A stretch of DNA of 45,523 nt from contig NIVC01001710.1 in NCBI GenBank assembly GCA_002269645.1, positions 201,632 to 247,154 of the forward strand, written 5' to 3'. Positions 33,101 to 43,197 of the stretch are shown here, in pieces; the first letter of the stretch is position 1; every line of letters begins with the position of its first letter. The position numbers and the translations under genes are program-made. Source of the stretch: Macrostomum lignano. Lineage: Eukaryota. The notes below the pieces were generated by a model. That model made no database searches, was not told the origin of the DNA, and saw nothing but the letters and a program-made list of their open reading frames with translations.

Positions 33101-36100
33101 CAATGCTTGTGTTTAAGCTAAGGTATTGCTTGTGTTTGAGCTAGGCAATGCTTGTGTTTAAGCTAAGGTATTGCTTGTGTTTGAGCTAGGCAATGCTTGT
33201 GTTTAAGCTAAGGTAATGCTTGTGTTTGAGCTAGGCAATACTTGTGTTTAACCAAGGCAATGCTTTTGTTTAACCAAGGCAATGCTTGTGTTTAACCAAG
33301 GCAATGCTTGTGTTTAAGCTAGGCAATGCTTGTAGGCAATGCTTGTGTTTAACCAAGGCAATGCTTGTGTTTAAGCTAGGCAAAGCTTGTTTTTAAGCTA
33401 GGCAATGCTTGTGTTTAAGCTAGGCAATGCTTGTGCTTAACCAAGGCAATGCTTGTGTTTAAGCTAGGCAATGCTTGTGTTTAAGCTAGGCAATGCTTGT
33501 GTTTAAGCTAGGCAATGCTTGTGTTTAAGCTAGGCAATGCTTGTGTTTAAGCTAGGCAATGCTTGTGTTTAAGCTAGGCAATGCTTGTGTTTAAGCTAGG
33601 CAATGCTTGTGTTTAAGCTAGGCAATGCTTGTGTTTAACCAAGGCAATGCTTGTGTTTAAGCTAGGCAATGCTTGTAGGCAATGCTTGTGTTTAACCAAG
33701 GCAATGCTCGTGTTTAAGCTAGGCAATGCTTGTAGGCAATGCTTGTGTTTAACCAAGGCAATGCTCGTGTTTAAGCTAGGCAATGCTTGTAGGCAATGCT
33801 TGTGTTTAACCAAGGCAATGCTTGTGTTTAACCAAGGCAATGCTTGTGTTTAAGCTAGGCAATGCTTGTAGGCAATGCTTGTGTTTAACCAAGGCAATGC
33901 TCGTGTTTAAGCTAGGCAATGCTTGTAGGCAATGCTTGTGTTTAACCAAGGCAATGCTTGTGTTTAAGCTAGGCAAAGCTTGTGTTTAAGCTAGGCAATG
34001 CTTGTGTTTAAGCTAGGCAAAGCTTGTGTTTAAGCTAGGCAAAGCTTGTAGGCAAAGCTTGTGTTTAAGCTAAGGCTACCAGAGCAATATAAACCCAACA
34101 CACTACGGAAAGGCAGAAATGCCGCTCACCAGAAGAAGCAGGCCTGGCTGCCGGAAGCAGACTGGCTGCGCAGCACAATGCCAGTTGTCTCAATGCACAG
34201 AGTGGACCGGCTGCCGTCATCAAGCTGGAAATTTCCGATTCAGATTGACAATTTTTCAGCACAAATAAAAGCACTTTAATTTTAGCAGGATCTGCAACTT
34301 ACTAGGACGCGGAAATTCACTCTGCCGTAGCCTTCCAACCATTTCACGTGACTGAGGAACTGGTACTCCGCCCTGCTGGCTGGCAGACCCCTTGATTAAG
34401 GGAGGAGGAGGTGAGGTATGAGTATAACAGCGCTGTCGGCAATTCTGGCCATCCGTTGACTACTGAGCACATGCGGTACTGTAAGCAGACACGCATTGAA
34501 CCAGGGGTCGTGGCGCGACATCGAAGCGCAGGCGAAGGGGGGGGACAGACGCAGACTCACTTGAACATGCGGTACATGTTAGCCACCTCGGAATCGATGC
34601 CGGGCCGCAGGTCGGCAAACAGGCTGTAGTTGTTCAACGGGAAACCCATCTGGTGGTCGAAGTCGCCGTGGTAAGCTAAAATATTTTTGTTTTAAATTAC
34701 GAGCTCGTAATCACTTTGGTAGGCAATACTGATTACCTGAGCTACATCTAGATGAGATCCTGAACTCACAACTACATCTAGGGGGAGATCCTGAACTCAC
34801 AGCTACATCTAGGGGGAGATCCTGAACTCACAGCTACATCTAGGGGGAGATCCTGAACTCACAGCTACATCTAGGGGGAGATCCTGAACTCACAGCTACA
34901 TCTAGGGGGAGATCCTGAACTCACAGCTACATCTAGGGGGAGATCCTGAACTCACAGCTACATCTAGGGGGAGATCCTGAACTCACAGCTACATCTAGGG
35001 GGAGATCCTGAACTCACAGCTACATCTAGGGGGAGATCCTGAACTCACAGCTACATCTAGGGGGAGATCCTGAACTCACAGCTACATCTAGGGGGAGATC
35101 CTGAACTCACAGCTACATCTAGGGGGAGATCCTGAACTCACAGCTACATCTAGGGGGAGATCCTGAACTCACAGCTACATCTAGGGGGAGATCCTGAACT
35201 CACAGCTACATCTAGGGGGAGATCCTGAACTCACAGCTACATCTAGATGAGATCCTGAACTCACAGCTACATCTAGATGAGATCCTGAACTCACAGCTAC
35301 ATCTAGGGGGGGATCCTGAACTCACAGCTACATCTAGGGGGAGATCCTGAACTCACAGCTACATCTAGGGGAGATCCTGAACTCACAGCTACATCTAGGG
35401 GGAGATCCTGAACTCACAGCTACATCTAGGGGGAGATCCTGAACTCACAGCTACATCTAGGGGGAGATCCTGAACTCACAGCTACATCTAGATGAGATCC
35501 TGAACTCACAGCTACATCTAGGGGGGGATCCTGAACTGACAGCTACATCTAGGGGGAGATCCTGAACTCACAGCTACATCTAGGGGGAGATCCTGAACTC
35601 ACAGCTACATCTAGATGAGATCCTGAACTCACAGCTACATCTAGGGGGGGATCCTGAACTCACAGCTACATCTAGGGGGAGATCCTGAACTCACAGCTAC
35701 ATCTAGGGGGAGATCCTGCACTCACAGCTACATCTAGGGGGAGATCCTGCACTCACAGCTACATCTAGGGGGAGATCCTGCACTCACAGCTACATCTAGG
35801 GGAAGATCCTGAACCTACAGCTTCACCCTACCGGAGATTTTGAAACCCAGCAACATCCCATGGGAAATTTCTAAAATCCAATTTCCAAAATTGGAAAGCC
35901 AGAGTGCACTGCGCGACTCACACTGCAGCATGAGGGCGGCAAGGCGTGGCGCTTTGTCCCGCGGCACAACCACCGCCCCAGATTGAATGTCCTGAATAGT
36001 CTGAAGGAACACCTGCAGTCTGCGTGACAGCGTCACGCAGTTGAGGAATTATTTAGGTTAATAAAAAAGCTGCGAAAATTATTCGTTCTTAATCGAAAGC

Positions 36101-39100
36101 CCGAGTTTTAAGCTGGTTAGACAGTTGAAACAGAAGGAAAGAAATATTGAGTGTAGCATCTGGACTAACTATCAGTCATGGACATCTAGGTAATAAAATT
36201 GGGATTGAACACCAATCATTCAAGGACATCTAGCAAACCAAATTCGGATTCGACACTAACCATTATTCAAGGACATCTGACAAATCATTTCGGACTGGAC
36301 ATAGACCTAAGTGAAATTCTTCTCTAGTCTCAAAGCCATCTGACAAATAAGAGCTGGACTGGAAAATGATCAACATTCATTAGAATTTGTTTCTCACTAT
36401 TCACAAGGACATCTATCTAGTAGAAACTTGGACTAGCGTCTGCAAAAAACCTTGAACAATATTAGTAATTATGTATAATTATGTAGGCAACAGAAATGCA
36501 TCTAGAAAATGCCACAGATATAGAAGCTCCACATGGCGCTATGAAAAGAAACTACTTCCGTATTAAAAAGGATATCCGCATATATTTAGCCGGCTAAACA
36601 GACAAATTTACCGTGTTGTCTCGGACAGCTCCCGGCAGGGGTCGTTGGGATAAAACCGGATCGCCAGGAACAGCTGACAGGACTTCTCCCCAACCAGGTC
36701 GGACAGACCGCCACCTGCAGGGGATCCGGCAGAGGGGGGGGGGTGGAGGCGATGAGCAAATTGAGACAACAGAATGGGAAGTCTGGCCCCATTCCAAATA
36801 ACGAATGCGGGAGGGTATAAGAAATCGATGCATGGAGAAGCGAGAAGGGCAGACAAACACCGGGGCGAGAGAGTCCCTCCATTAAACTGGGACTCTTTGG
36901 GATTTTAAACTGGTTTTAAGCAATAAGCATGGAACCATGCATCGTTGTTGGACGATGTCGCCGAAGGCGCTACGGCATGGTGGCCGCAGCCCTCATGAAA
37001 TCATTATTTAATGAGATACTCCCAAGAGGTGACGTCGGAGAAACACCCAGAAACACAGAAATGCGGCATCAAGGAAGCCAAGAAGCTGGCCGCATCAGAC
37101 CGGTTGCTACAGTCAAAAGCCCGCACAGTTTAGCTAAAAAATCATTGCCTCGCTTTTTTAAAACGAAAAAGCCGCGCGGAACTTCTTCTATTAGAAGAGG
37201 AAATTTAAGGAAATTGGACCAAAGTGATCGGAACAAGCAGAAAACGGATGGCCAGAAGAGTGAGTGTTTCCATTCTTAGACAGCTAACGCAGGAATTCGA
37301 GCTCAATTCTCTTCAAATAAGCGCGCAGATTGCTCCTCGCCGCTGCAAAAACCAATTTCCAAGTCTTGGCGCAAAAGCAGCCCAAAACTGGCTGCTGAAA
37401 GCTTCTGACTGAGAATAGGAAACAAATCTATTTCCCCTAGACAGGCCAGAGTCTGGCTATATTTGGGAACCCGTCTTTTTTATCTCAAAGCTAAGAAGCT
37501 TTCAATAACTATAAAAGCAAAAGATAAAAAGCCGCAACACGGATGCTAACGATGTTGCTTTTAGAAGAGCCAAAAATGACGTGGAAATTAATGTCGTCTC
37601 CCACCTCCACCGAAAAGCAGAGACACCTAAGAGAAACAACCATTCTAAAAGTAATTAACTCTCTTACTGAACTGCATTGACCCCTGTCTGTACTACCCGA
37701 AGCCTTGCATTGACCCCTGTCTGTACTACCCGAAGCCTTGCATTGACCCCTGTCTGTACTACCCGAAGCCTTGCATTGACCCCTGTCTGTACTACCCCAA
37801 GCCTTGCATTGACCCCTGTCTGTACTAGGTGAAGCCTTGCATTGACCCCTGTCTGTACTAGGTGAAGCCTTGCATTGACTCCTGTCTGTACTGAACGAAG
37901 CCTTGCATTGATCCCTGTCTGTACTGAACGAAGCCTTGCATTGACCCCTGTCTGTACTGAACGAAGCCTTGCATTGATCCCTGTCTGTACTGAACGAAGC
38001 CTTGCATTGACCCCTGTCTGTACTGAACGAAGCCTTTCATTGACCCCTGTCTGTACTGAACGAAGCCTTGCATTGACCCCTGTCTGTACTGGGCGAAGCC
38101 TTGCATTGACCCCTGTCTGTACTGGGCCAAGCGTAGCCATGACCTCCCTAGAAGTGGCTCGTACCAATTTCCTTTACCCTAACTATGAAGCAATAAATTC
38201 AGGAAATGAACGTTTCCGAAAAGCCAGCCAAACGTGGCGGAACTGCAACACCCGATAGAGTTGCCAAATCGCAAATAGACGGATGTTCAGAAAAACACCG
38301 TGAGAGAAAGAACCCAATGTACGTTGCTGAAAACGACACAATAGACGGAAAACTTACGACAGCATTTAACTAAAGAGTGGACACTCTTGCGAACGTTGAC
38401 CCATTGCTGAAATTGGGGAAAGGGTTTAAACAGAGTTTACACGAGATTCTAGAGACACAGCAGAGTTTCAGGTGCAAAAACTCACCAGAGTCTTCCTCGA
38501 GTCCTGGTATCTCAGGCCAAAGAACTGCTGCTCGGGCACGCCGATGGAGTTCAGTACAGCGCGGAGCAGATCCTGGCCCTTGTGGTTGCCCTGCGGGACG
38601 GGGAAGGCAGCGGGAACCACAAAAGTTGACTGCCAGCCCAACCCTTACACTAACCCTAACCTAATCTTCGGCAGTCCAATGTCAGGTGCACGAGTCAGCG
38701 ATGGTTAAATTAGTAAAAGCGATACTTATAGTTATAATAGACTGTATGGTCATCGCGGATGAAGGAATAGAATGGATTGCTAATCTATAGCCATCATTAT
38801 TGAAGGAATAGAATGGATTGCTAATCTATAGTCATCGCGGATGAAGGAATAGAATGGATTGCTAATCTATAGTCATCGCGGATGAAGGAATAGAATGGAT
38901 TGCTAATCTATAGCCATCATTATTGAAGGAATAGAATGGATTGCTAATCTATAGCCATCATTATTGAAGGAATAGAATGGATTGCTAATCTATAGCCATC
39001 GCGGATGAAGGAATAGAATGGATTGCTAATCTATAGCCATCATTATTGAAGGAATAGAATGGATTGCTAATCTATAGTCCCATCACAGATGAAGGAATAG

Positions 39101-42100
39101 AATGGATTGCTAATCTATAGCCATCGCGGATGAAGGAATAGAATGGATTGCTAATCTATAGCCATCGCGGATGAAGGAATAGAATGGATTGCTAATCTAT
39201 AGTCATCGCGGATGAAAGAATAGAATGGATTGCTAATCTATAGTCCCATCACAGATGAAGGAATAGAATGGATTGCTAATCTATAGCCATCGCGGATGAA
39301 GGAATAGAATGGATTGCTAATCTATAGCCATCGCGGATGAAGGAATAGAACGGATTGCTAATCTATAGCCATCACTGATGAAGGAATAGAATGGATTGCT
39401 AATCTATAGCCATCGCGGATGAAGGAATAGAATGGATTGCTAATCTAGATAGTCCCATCACGGATGAAGGAATAGAATGGGTTGCTAATCTATGGTCCCA
39501 TCACGGATGAAGGAATAGAATGGATTGCTAATCTATAGCCATCAATGATGAAGGAACAGAATGGATTGCAGACAGGCCCAAGCTCAATCAGAAAGTACAC
39601 CAGCTATCAGTAATGACGTGAAGCGACACCTGGCGGAGGGGGCTGAAAATTCAATCACTCTCAGGCAGGCTGACAGACCTAAGTGACACGGATGATTTTT
39701 GCTCCGTAAACGCGGGGTTTAAAAATGCAGCCAGCCCAGGCGGCTCACGGATGCGGCAGGTGACAGGCGGATCAACGCCGCGCACATCCGCGATCCGCGA
39801 CAGTTCAGTTGCTATGCGGGAATGAGATGCAGCTAGCGGGGAGGCTGGGAGTTCCAGCTCAAGCCGCCCGTGACCAGCTGCGATAGGGGCGCTACAATTC
39901 CATGTGCGCGGTAACATTCCTTTTTGGGACTCGTGCATGGAGATTGGTTTCGGTTTTGCTGAGCAATTCTTGCCTGAGTGCCAACGCCAAAGGCACAAAT
40001 CAAGCCAGATTGTACAGAACTCACCAACAATACCATTAGCAATTTCAGTCTTCGCATTAAGGGACCGTCTTTACAGGTTGTAGGCTAGTGAGGGGGTTTT
40101 AGCTTAGTTATGGGTGGTAGCCTAATTATGGGTGGTAGCCTAATTATGGGTGGTAGCCTAATTATGGGTGGTAGCCTAATTATGGGTGGTAGCCTAATTA
40201 TGGGTGGTAGCCTAGTGATGGTGTTGTAGCCTATTGGTCAGAGCGTCGGACTCACGACCTAAAGGTGGTTAGGGGTTCGATTCCCGATCCACTCGGAAAA
40301 AATTTTGTCCTTGAGCAAGACACTGAGCTCTACATTGCTTCAGTTCACCCAGCCGTAAAATGGGTGCCAGCATTAGCTGGGGTAATTGAGGCTGTGTGTG
40401 GCGACCCTGCCTGTGTAATTGGGGCAGCTGTAATTAATTATTATTATTATTATTATTACAGCTCGTACGAGTAGGAACTGGCCCAGATCGTACAGAAATT
40501 TATAAAAATCTAGTTTGCATTAGGACAGCACAATGTCGATCCCGCTAAAAGTGCATCATTTTAGTTTAGACAGAAGAATGAAGCCACCGTGGATAAAATA
40601 ATTAAATGAACAAGTCGCAAACAATGGCTTCATCACAACCAGGGGAACAGGCAATTCAGCAAGTGTAAAATTAGCATTATTCATATGAAAACAGAAAAAT
40701 GCATGACAGGGTTGAAGAGTGGAGAGAAAGGAAAGAGTGGAAACCAATTGATTCTTAATTCAACTGCTGTAGACATGCAGTTGCAGTCTATTTTATATTT
40801 TTCTTCTTTGCTTACACAAGCCACTGCTATGCTCGCACTGTCTATGGGAACATAAACCATGGGAAGAGACGAGGGGGAGTCAAGACTAACGCCTGGTGAT
40901 ATCTTATTAAAATGATATCTAGACCTTGTACATTGCACACACAGTGCTGAGCATTGCTGGGCCAGCCTCCCAGATCCTCAGTTGCTGGGCCAGCCTCCCA
41001 GATCCTCAGTTGCTGGGCCAGCCTCCCAGATCCTCAGTTGCTGGGCCACTACCTCCCAGATCCTCAGTTTCTGGGCCAGCCTCCCAGATCCTCAGTTGCT
41101 GGGCAAGCCTCCCAGATCCTCAGTTGCTGGGCCAGCCTCCCAGAGTGTCAGTTGCTGGGCCAGCCTCCCAGAGTGTCAGTTGCTGGGCCAGCCTCCCAGA
41201 GTGTCAGTTGCTGGGCCAGCCTCCCAGAGTGTCAGTTGCTGGGCCAGCCTCCCAGATCCTCAGTTTCTGGGCCAGCCTCCCAGATCCTCAGTTTCTGGGC
41301 CAGCCTCCCAGATGCTCATTTTCTGGGCCAGCCTCCCAGATCCTCAGTTTCTGGGCCAGCCAGCCTACCAGATCCTCAGTTGCTGGGCCAGCCTCCCAGA
41401 TCCTCGCCCGTAAAGCCTTCATTCTCTCAGCCTTTTTAACGCTTCATGGGCTTTCCCCAAAGCCAAATTATGCACCAGTGTAGCCATATAATCTATTTAA
41501 TAAGCGCTTACTTTCTTCGATGCGAGCTGCAAACAGGATCTCCAGGCCTGTATTCGCAGCACACAATAGCCGTTGCATCCACTGTGAAATTATTCTATTA
41601 TTCTATTTTTCGCCTTTACGAATTTCTGCCATTCAGCTCGCAGTGAATTGAATAATGGCTTTTATGTAGCTTTAAGAATAACTGCGAGGATTCGGCAGCT
41701 ATCTGCCCAGAAATGCGCGTTTCTTCTCTGCAGGCGGCGGCTTGTCTTTTTTGATTAGACTGCTACTGTCTGAATTGGCGATTAGTTAACATAAACCATG
41801 GAAGAGAGGAGGAGGGAGTCAAGACTAACGCCTGGTGATATTAATCGTTATTATAATAATATCTATAGACCTTGTACATTGCACACACAGTGCTGGATCC
41901 AGATCTTCACTTGCTGGGGCAGCAATTTCTCGTAAAAGTGAAAAGCCTCGGGTCTTGCCGTTTGCCGGGAAAGGCACTGCTGCCCTGGTCCTGATACTAA
42001 ATAAATATTATAAAATAATATTTGAAGGAGGGCTGCGGGCACCATGGCAACGCCTTCGGCGATATCGTCGCACTACCAACGCTGAATCAGTTCTGTCCAC

Positions 42101-43197
42101 TCAGCTGGCTCCTGAGCACACACAAGAGCGCCAATACTGTACTCAGGCACAGCACTCACACACAGGCTCTCACAGGGTGTACATCGGCCCTTGTGACTTC
42201 TGATCTTCAGGCGTGTGCACTCTCTGTGCCTTGGGGCTTGGCCATCACGGGTGTGACTCGCACGAACAAAATGAATGTGTTTGCGCACGGAATCTGCTCT
42301 GCCGCCCCATCCTTCCCAACGCAAATTAAGCAACGGCAGGCGAGACCGCACGGTCTCAAAGTCGGCGACACAGTGCTACGGCGCCGACTAAATCCGCTCA
42401 AGGGCGAGACTCCGTTCGAGTGGGCACCCTGGCTGGTCGAGAAGGTCAAGGGCGACTCGATGACCATTCGGCAGGGCGCCAGAGTTTGCAGGCGGCACTG
42501 CACTGACCTGAAGCGGGCAGCGCCGGATACTGAGCCCGATTTTCCTGCCGGGGAGCCCGCACCTCCGATCCTACAAGCTGCAGGGAGCGAACCCGCGACC
42601 TCTCCAATTGCGCTGCGACCACACCCCCGAGAGGCCAAGGTGAGAGTGAACTATAGGGTTTAACTATAACTCGCGCTTGGCAGACTGACGCTAATATCTT
42701 TGGGTGCACTTTGATTTTGCTTTTGCATCGCGAGCTTGCGAAAAGATTGTCACTCTCTGGCTAATGCACTATAATCAGTAAAATTTTGTTGAATAATGTT
42801 GCTTCTTTGCAATATTTATTTGTGGTAGCTTTCATTTTTTAAAAAACCTTTTGCAGTTGCACTTTTAATCCGATATGAGGAGAGATGTAGTGTACGCTCT
42901 GCGCGGTAATAATGTACGGCTGGCTTGGTCGATGAATTCGTAGCAATATTCTTATTACGCAATACTCTCGTGCCTATAAATATATTGAATTGAGCAGTCG
43001 GCTCAGTTAAGTACATCGTTTTTCTCTCGCCAAAACTAAATAGCTAGTCTGAGTCATTACAATCCCATCCCGATCCTAACTAAAACTTTTTCCCACACTC
43101 TACTCACGGGCAGGGAGAAGGCCTTCTTATTCCCGTCCAACAGTTGGACGTAGAAGTCCACCTCTCGGGTGGAGGCGGCGCTAAATATGCTGCACAT
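21128..43197 (-). CDS. FERM-domain (band 4.1 superfamily) protein, 17 coding exons, ~702 aa, with a disordered tail and C-terminal class I PDZ-binding motif (-QTLV*)
   Basis: Exons: 43197-43108, 38590-38486, 38406-38358, 36714-36612, 36019-35922, 34675-34561, 34390-34303, 34224-34130, 32608-32545, 30653-30562, 30198-30004, 28634-28563, 28450-28397, 26454-26308, 24135-23644, 23049-22950, 21277-21128. All introns are GT-AG and phase-consistent; the total is 2109 nt. FERM motifs: VQLLDG, FFGLRY, QWV, RFYPNDP..TR, LQ..GDFD, AEYQFL..LEGYG, FWPRIKK, LWETCCEHLEFFR. The tail exons (11-17) are less certain than the FERM exons. Confidence 0.9.
21341..21950. repeat. Two-block 21-bp minisatellite (gctggctgtggggtggtgggt, then gctggctatgggttgctgggt) in the last FERM intron
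   Basis: Direct periodicity; the unit switches at ~21540. Confidence 0.92.
22457..22815. repeat. Degenerate AT-rich ~20-22-bp tandem repeat (attagtctaatgacaccc..)
   Basis: A recurrent attagtctaatgacac core is visible. Confidence 0.85.
23095..23622. repeat. 35-bp minisatellite (aatgtgaacagccaggatcacagtgtgaaatcggc), ~15 copies, filling FERM intron 15
   Basis: Direct periodicity; it occupies most of intron 23050-23643. Confidence 0.95.
24200..24600. repeat. 24/25-bp minisatellite (taatccctgccatagttatccccat)
   Basis: Direct periodicity. Confidence 0.92.
25100..26090. repeat. Purine-rich 22-bp minisatellite (gagatgagacggagaagacagg)
   Basis: Direct periodicity with degenerate edges; pyrimidine-rich on the FERM sense strand. 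Confidence 0.95.
26555..28310. repeat. Purine/G-rich 26-bp minisatellite (gggagagacggtgggtagaggcagaa)
   Basis: Direct periodicity with three interspersed variants. Confidence 0.95.
28669..29915. repeat. 24-bp minisatellite (tactcatcactgaggcactgatgc) with a 29-bp variant confined to the left half
   Basis: Essentially pure 24-mers from ~29290 to 29910. The variant ending ...gatcctgcaa occurs only at 28670-29250. Confidence 0.97.
30310..30500. repeat. Short degenerate repeat (agggtgttgcagccccctttc..), ~6 copies
   Basis: The core recurs in FERM intron 10. Confidence 0.8.
30795..31088. repeat. 30-bp repeat (ctactccaccccagtctactctaccacaag), a dimer of related ~15-mers
   Basis: About 7 near-perfect copies at 30880-31088 with a degenerate left flank. 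Confidence 0.9.
31474..32252. repeat. 25-bp minisatellite (ttcagtgagtccccgcccccatacc), ~31 copies
   Basis: Direct periodicity; G-rich on the FERM sense strand. Confidence 0.96.
32640..34075. repeat. 22-bp minisatellite (gcttgtgtttaagctaggcaat) with a 45-bp dimeric higher-order block at ~32655-33235
   Basis: Alternating 23-bp (..aagctaaggtatt) and 22-bp (..gagctaggcaat) units in the left part; it fills FERM intron 8. Confidence 0.95.
34420..34520 (-). mobile_element. Internally deleted, degenerate copy of SINE family A in FERM intron 6
   Basis: Minus strand carries cgacccctggttc (B-box region) joined to gtgctcag...cagaattgccg.cagcgctg, both shared with the 14790-15145 copy. Confidence 0.5.
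34735..35815. repeat. 31-bp minisatellite (gggggagatcctgaactcacagctacatcta), ~35 copies, in FERM intron 5
   Basis: Direct periodicity. Confidence 0.97.
37668..38125. repeat. 33-bp minisatellite (gcattgacccctgtctgtactgaacgaagcctt), ~14 copies with a polar variant gradient
   Basis: The variable segment changes in blocks along the array: accc, then aggtg, gaac, gggc. Confidence 0.95.
38745..39570. repeat. ~41-bp minisatellite (gatgaaggaatagaatggattgctaatctatagccatcgcg), ~20 copies
   Basis: A constant ~30-bp core plus a few recurring short linker variants. Confidence 0.95.
39978..40079 (-). ncRNA. Candidate spliced-leader (SL) RNA gene or SL pseudogene, flatworm type
   Basis: Minus strand reads AACCTGTAAAGACGGTCCCTTAATGCGAAGACTGAAATTGCTAATG|GT. 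It has a 5' hairpin ACC(T)GT/ACGGT and an exon ending in ATG directly before GT. An Sm-like GATTTG and a terminal GTGCC/GGCAC hairpin follow; total ~102 nt. It closely matches my recollection of the Macrostomum lignano SL exon, which was not verified by a search. Confidence 0.65.
40108..40215. repeat. 18-bp tandem repeat (ttatgggtggtagcctaa) x6 abutting the SINE head
   Basis: Six near-perfect copies. Confidence 0.92.
40219..40458 (+). mobile_element. tRNA-derived SINE with a CORE-like central domain and (TTA)n tail (family B)
   Basis: The head is tRNA-like (GTAGCCTATTGGTCAGAGCG...GGGTTCGATTCCC). The centre GTCCTTGAGCAAGACACT...CACCCAGCCGTAAAATGGG resembles the CORE-SINE motif CCTTGGGCAAG.CACTT...TGTAAAATGGG. 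The tail is ttattattatt. Confidence 0.8.
40955..41405. repeat. 28-bp minisatellite (cccagatcctcagttgctgggccagcct), ~16 copies
   Basis: Direct periodicity. Confidence 0.95.
42000..42295 (-). mobile_element. 5'-truncated copy of SINE family A
   Basis: Colinear with 14805-15092 (for example gctggctcctgagcacacacaag.gcgccaatactgtac). Similarity ends inside the B-box at cacggaatc, and an AT-rich tail lies near 42000-42025. Confidence 0.6.
42300..42663 (+). mobile_element. Ty3/Gypsy-type retrotransposon remnant: C-terminal end of integrase
   Basis: The translation LKVGDTVLRRRLNPLKGETPFEWAPWLVEKVKGDSMTIRQGARVCRRHCTDLKR fits the post-catalytic SH3-like end of Gypsy Pol. It is followed by a Pro-rich linker and LRPHPR...VNY*. 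No RT, DDE core or LTR is seen. Confidence 0.7.

Noticed and set aside
36929-37412. Plus-strand ORFs in FERM intron 3
   Set aside because: No motif, codon bias or splice support; antisense to the host gene.
38639-38665. Telomere-like cccttacactaaccctaacctaa
   Set aside because: Only one perfect CCCTAA; compatible with chance or low complexity.
38745-39570. CRISPR-like look: constant ~30-bp repeat with variable short linkers
   Set aside because: The linkers are ~10 bp and recur rather than being unique spacers. The context is eukaryotic and there are no cas genes.
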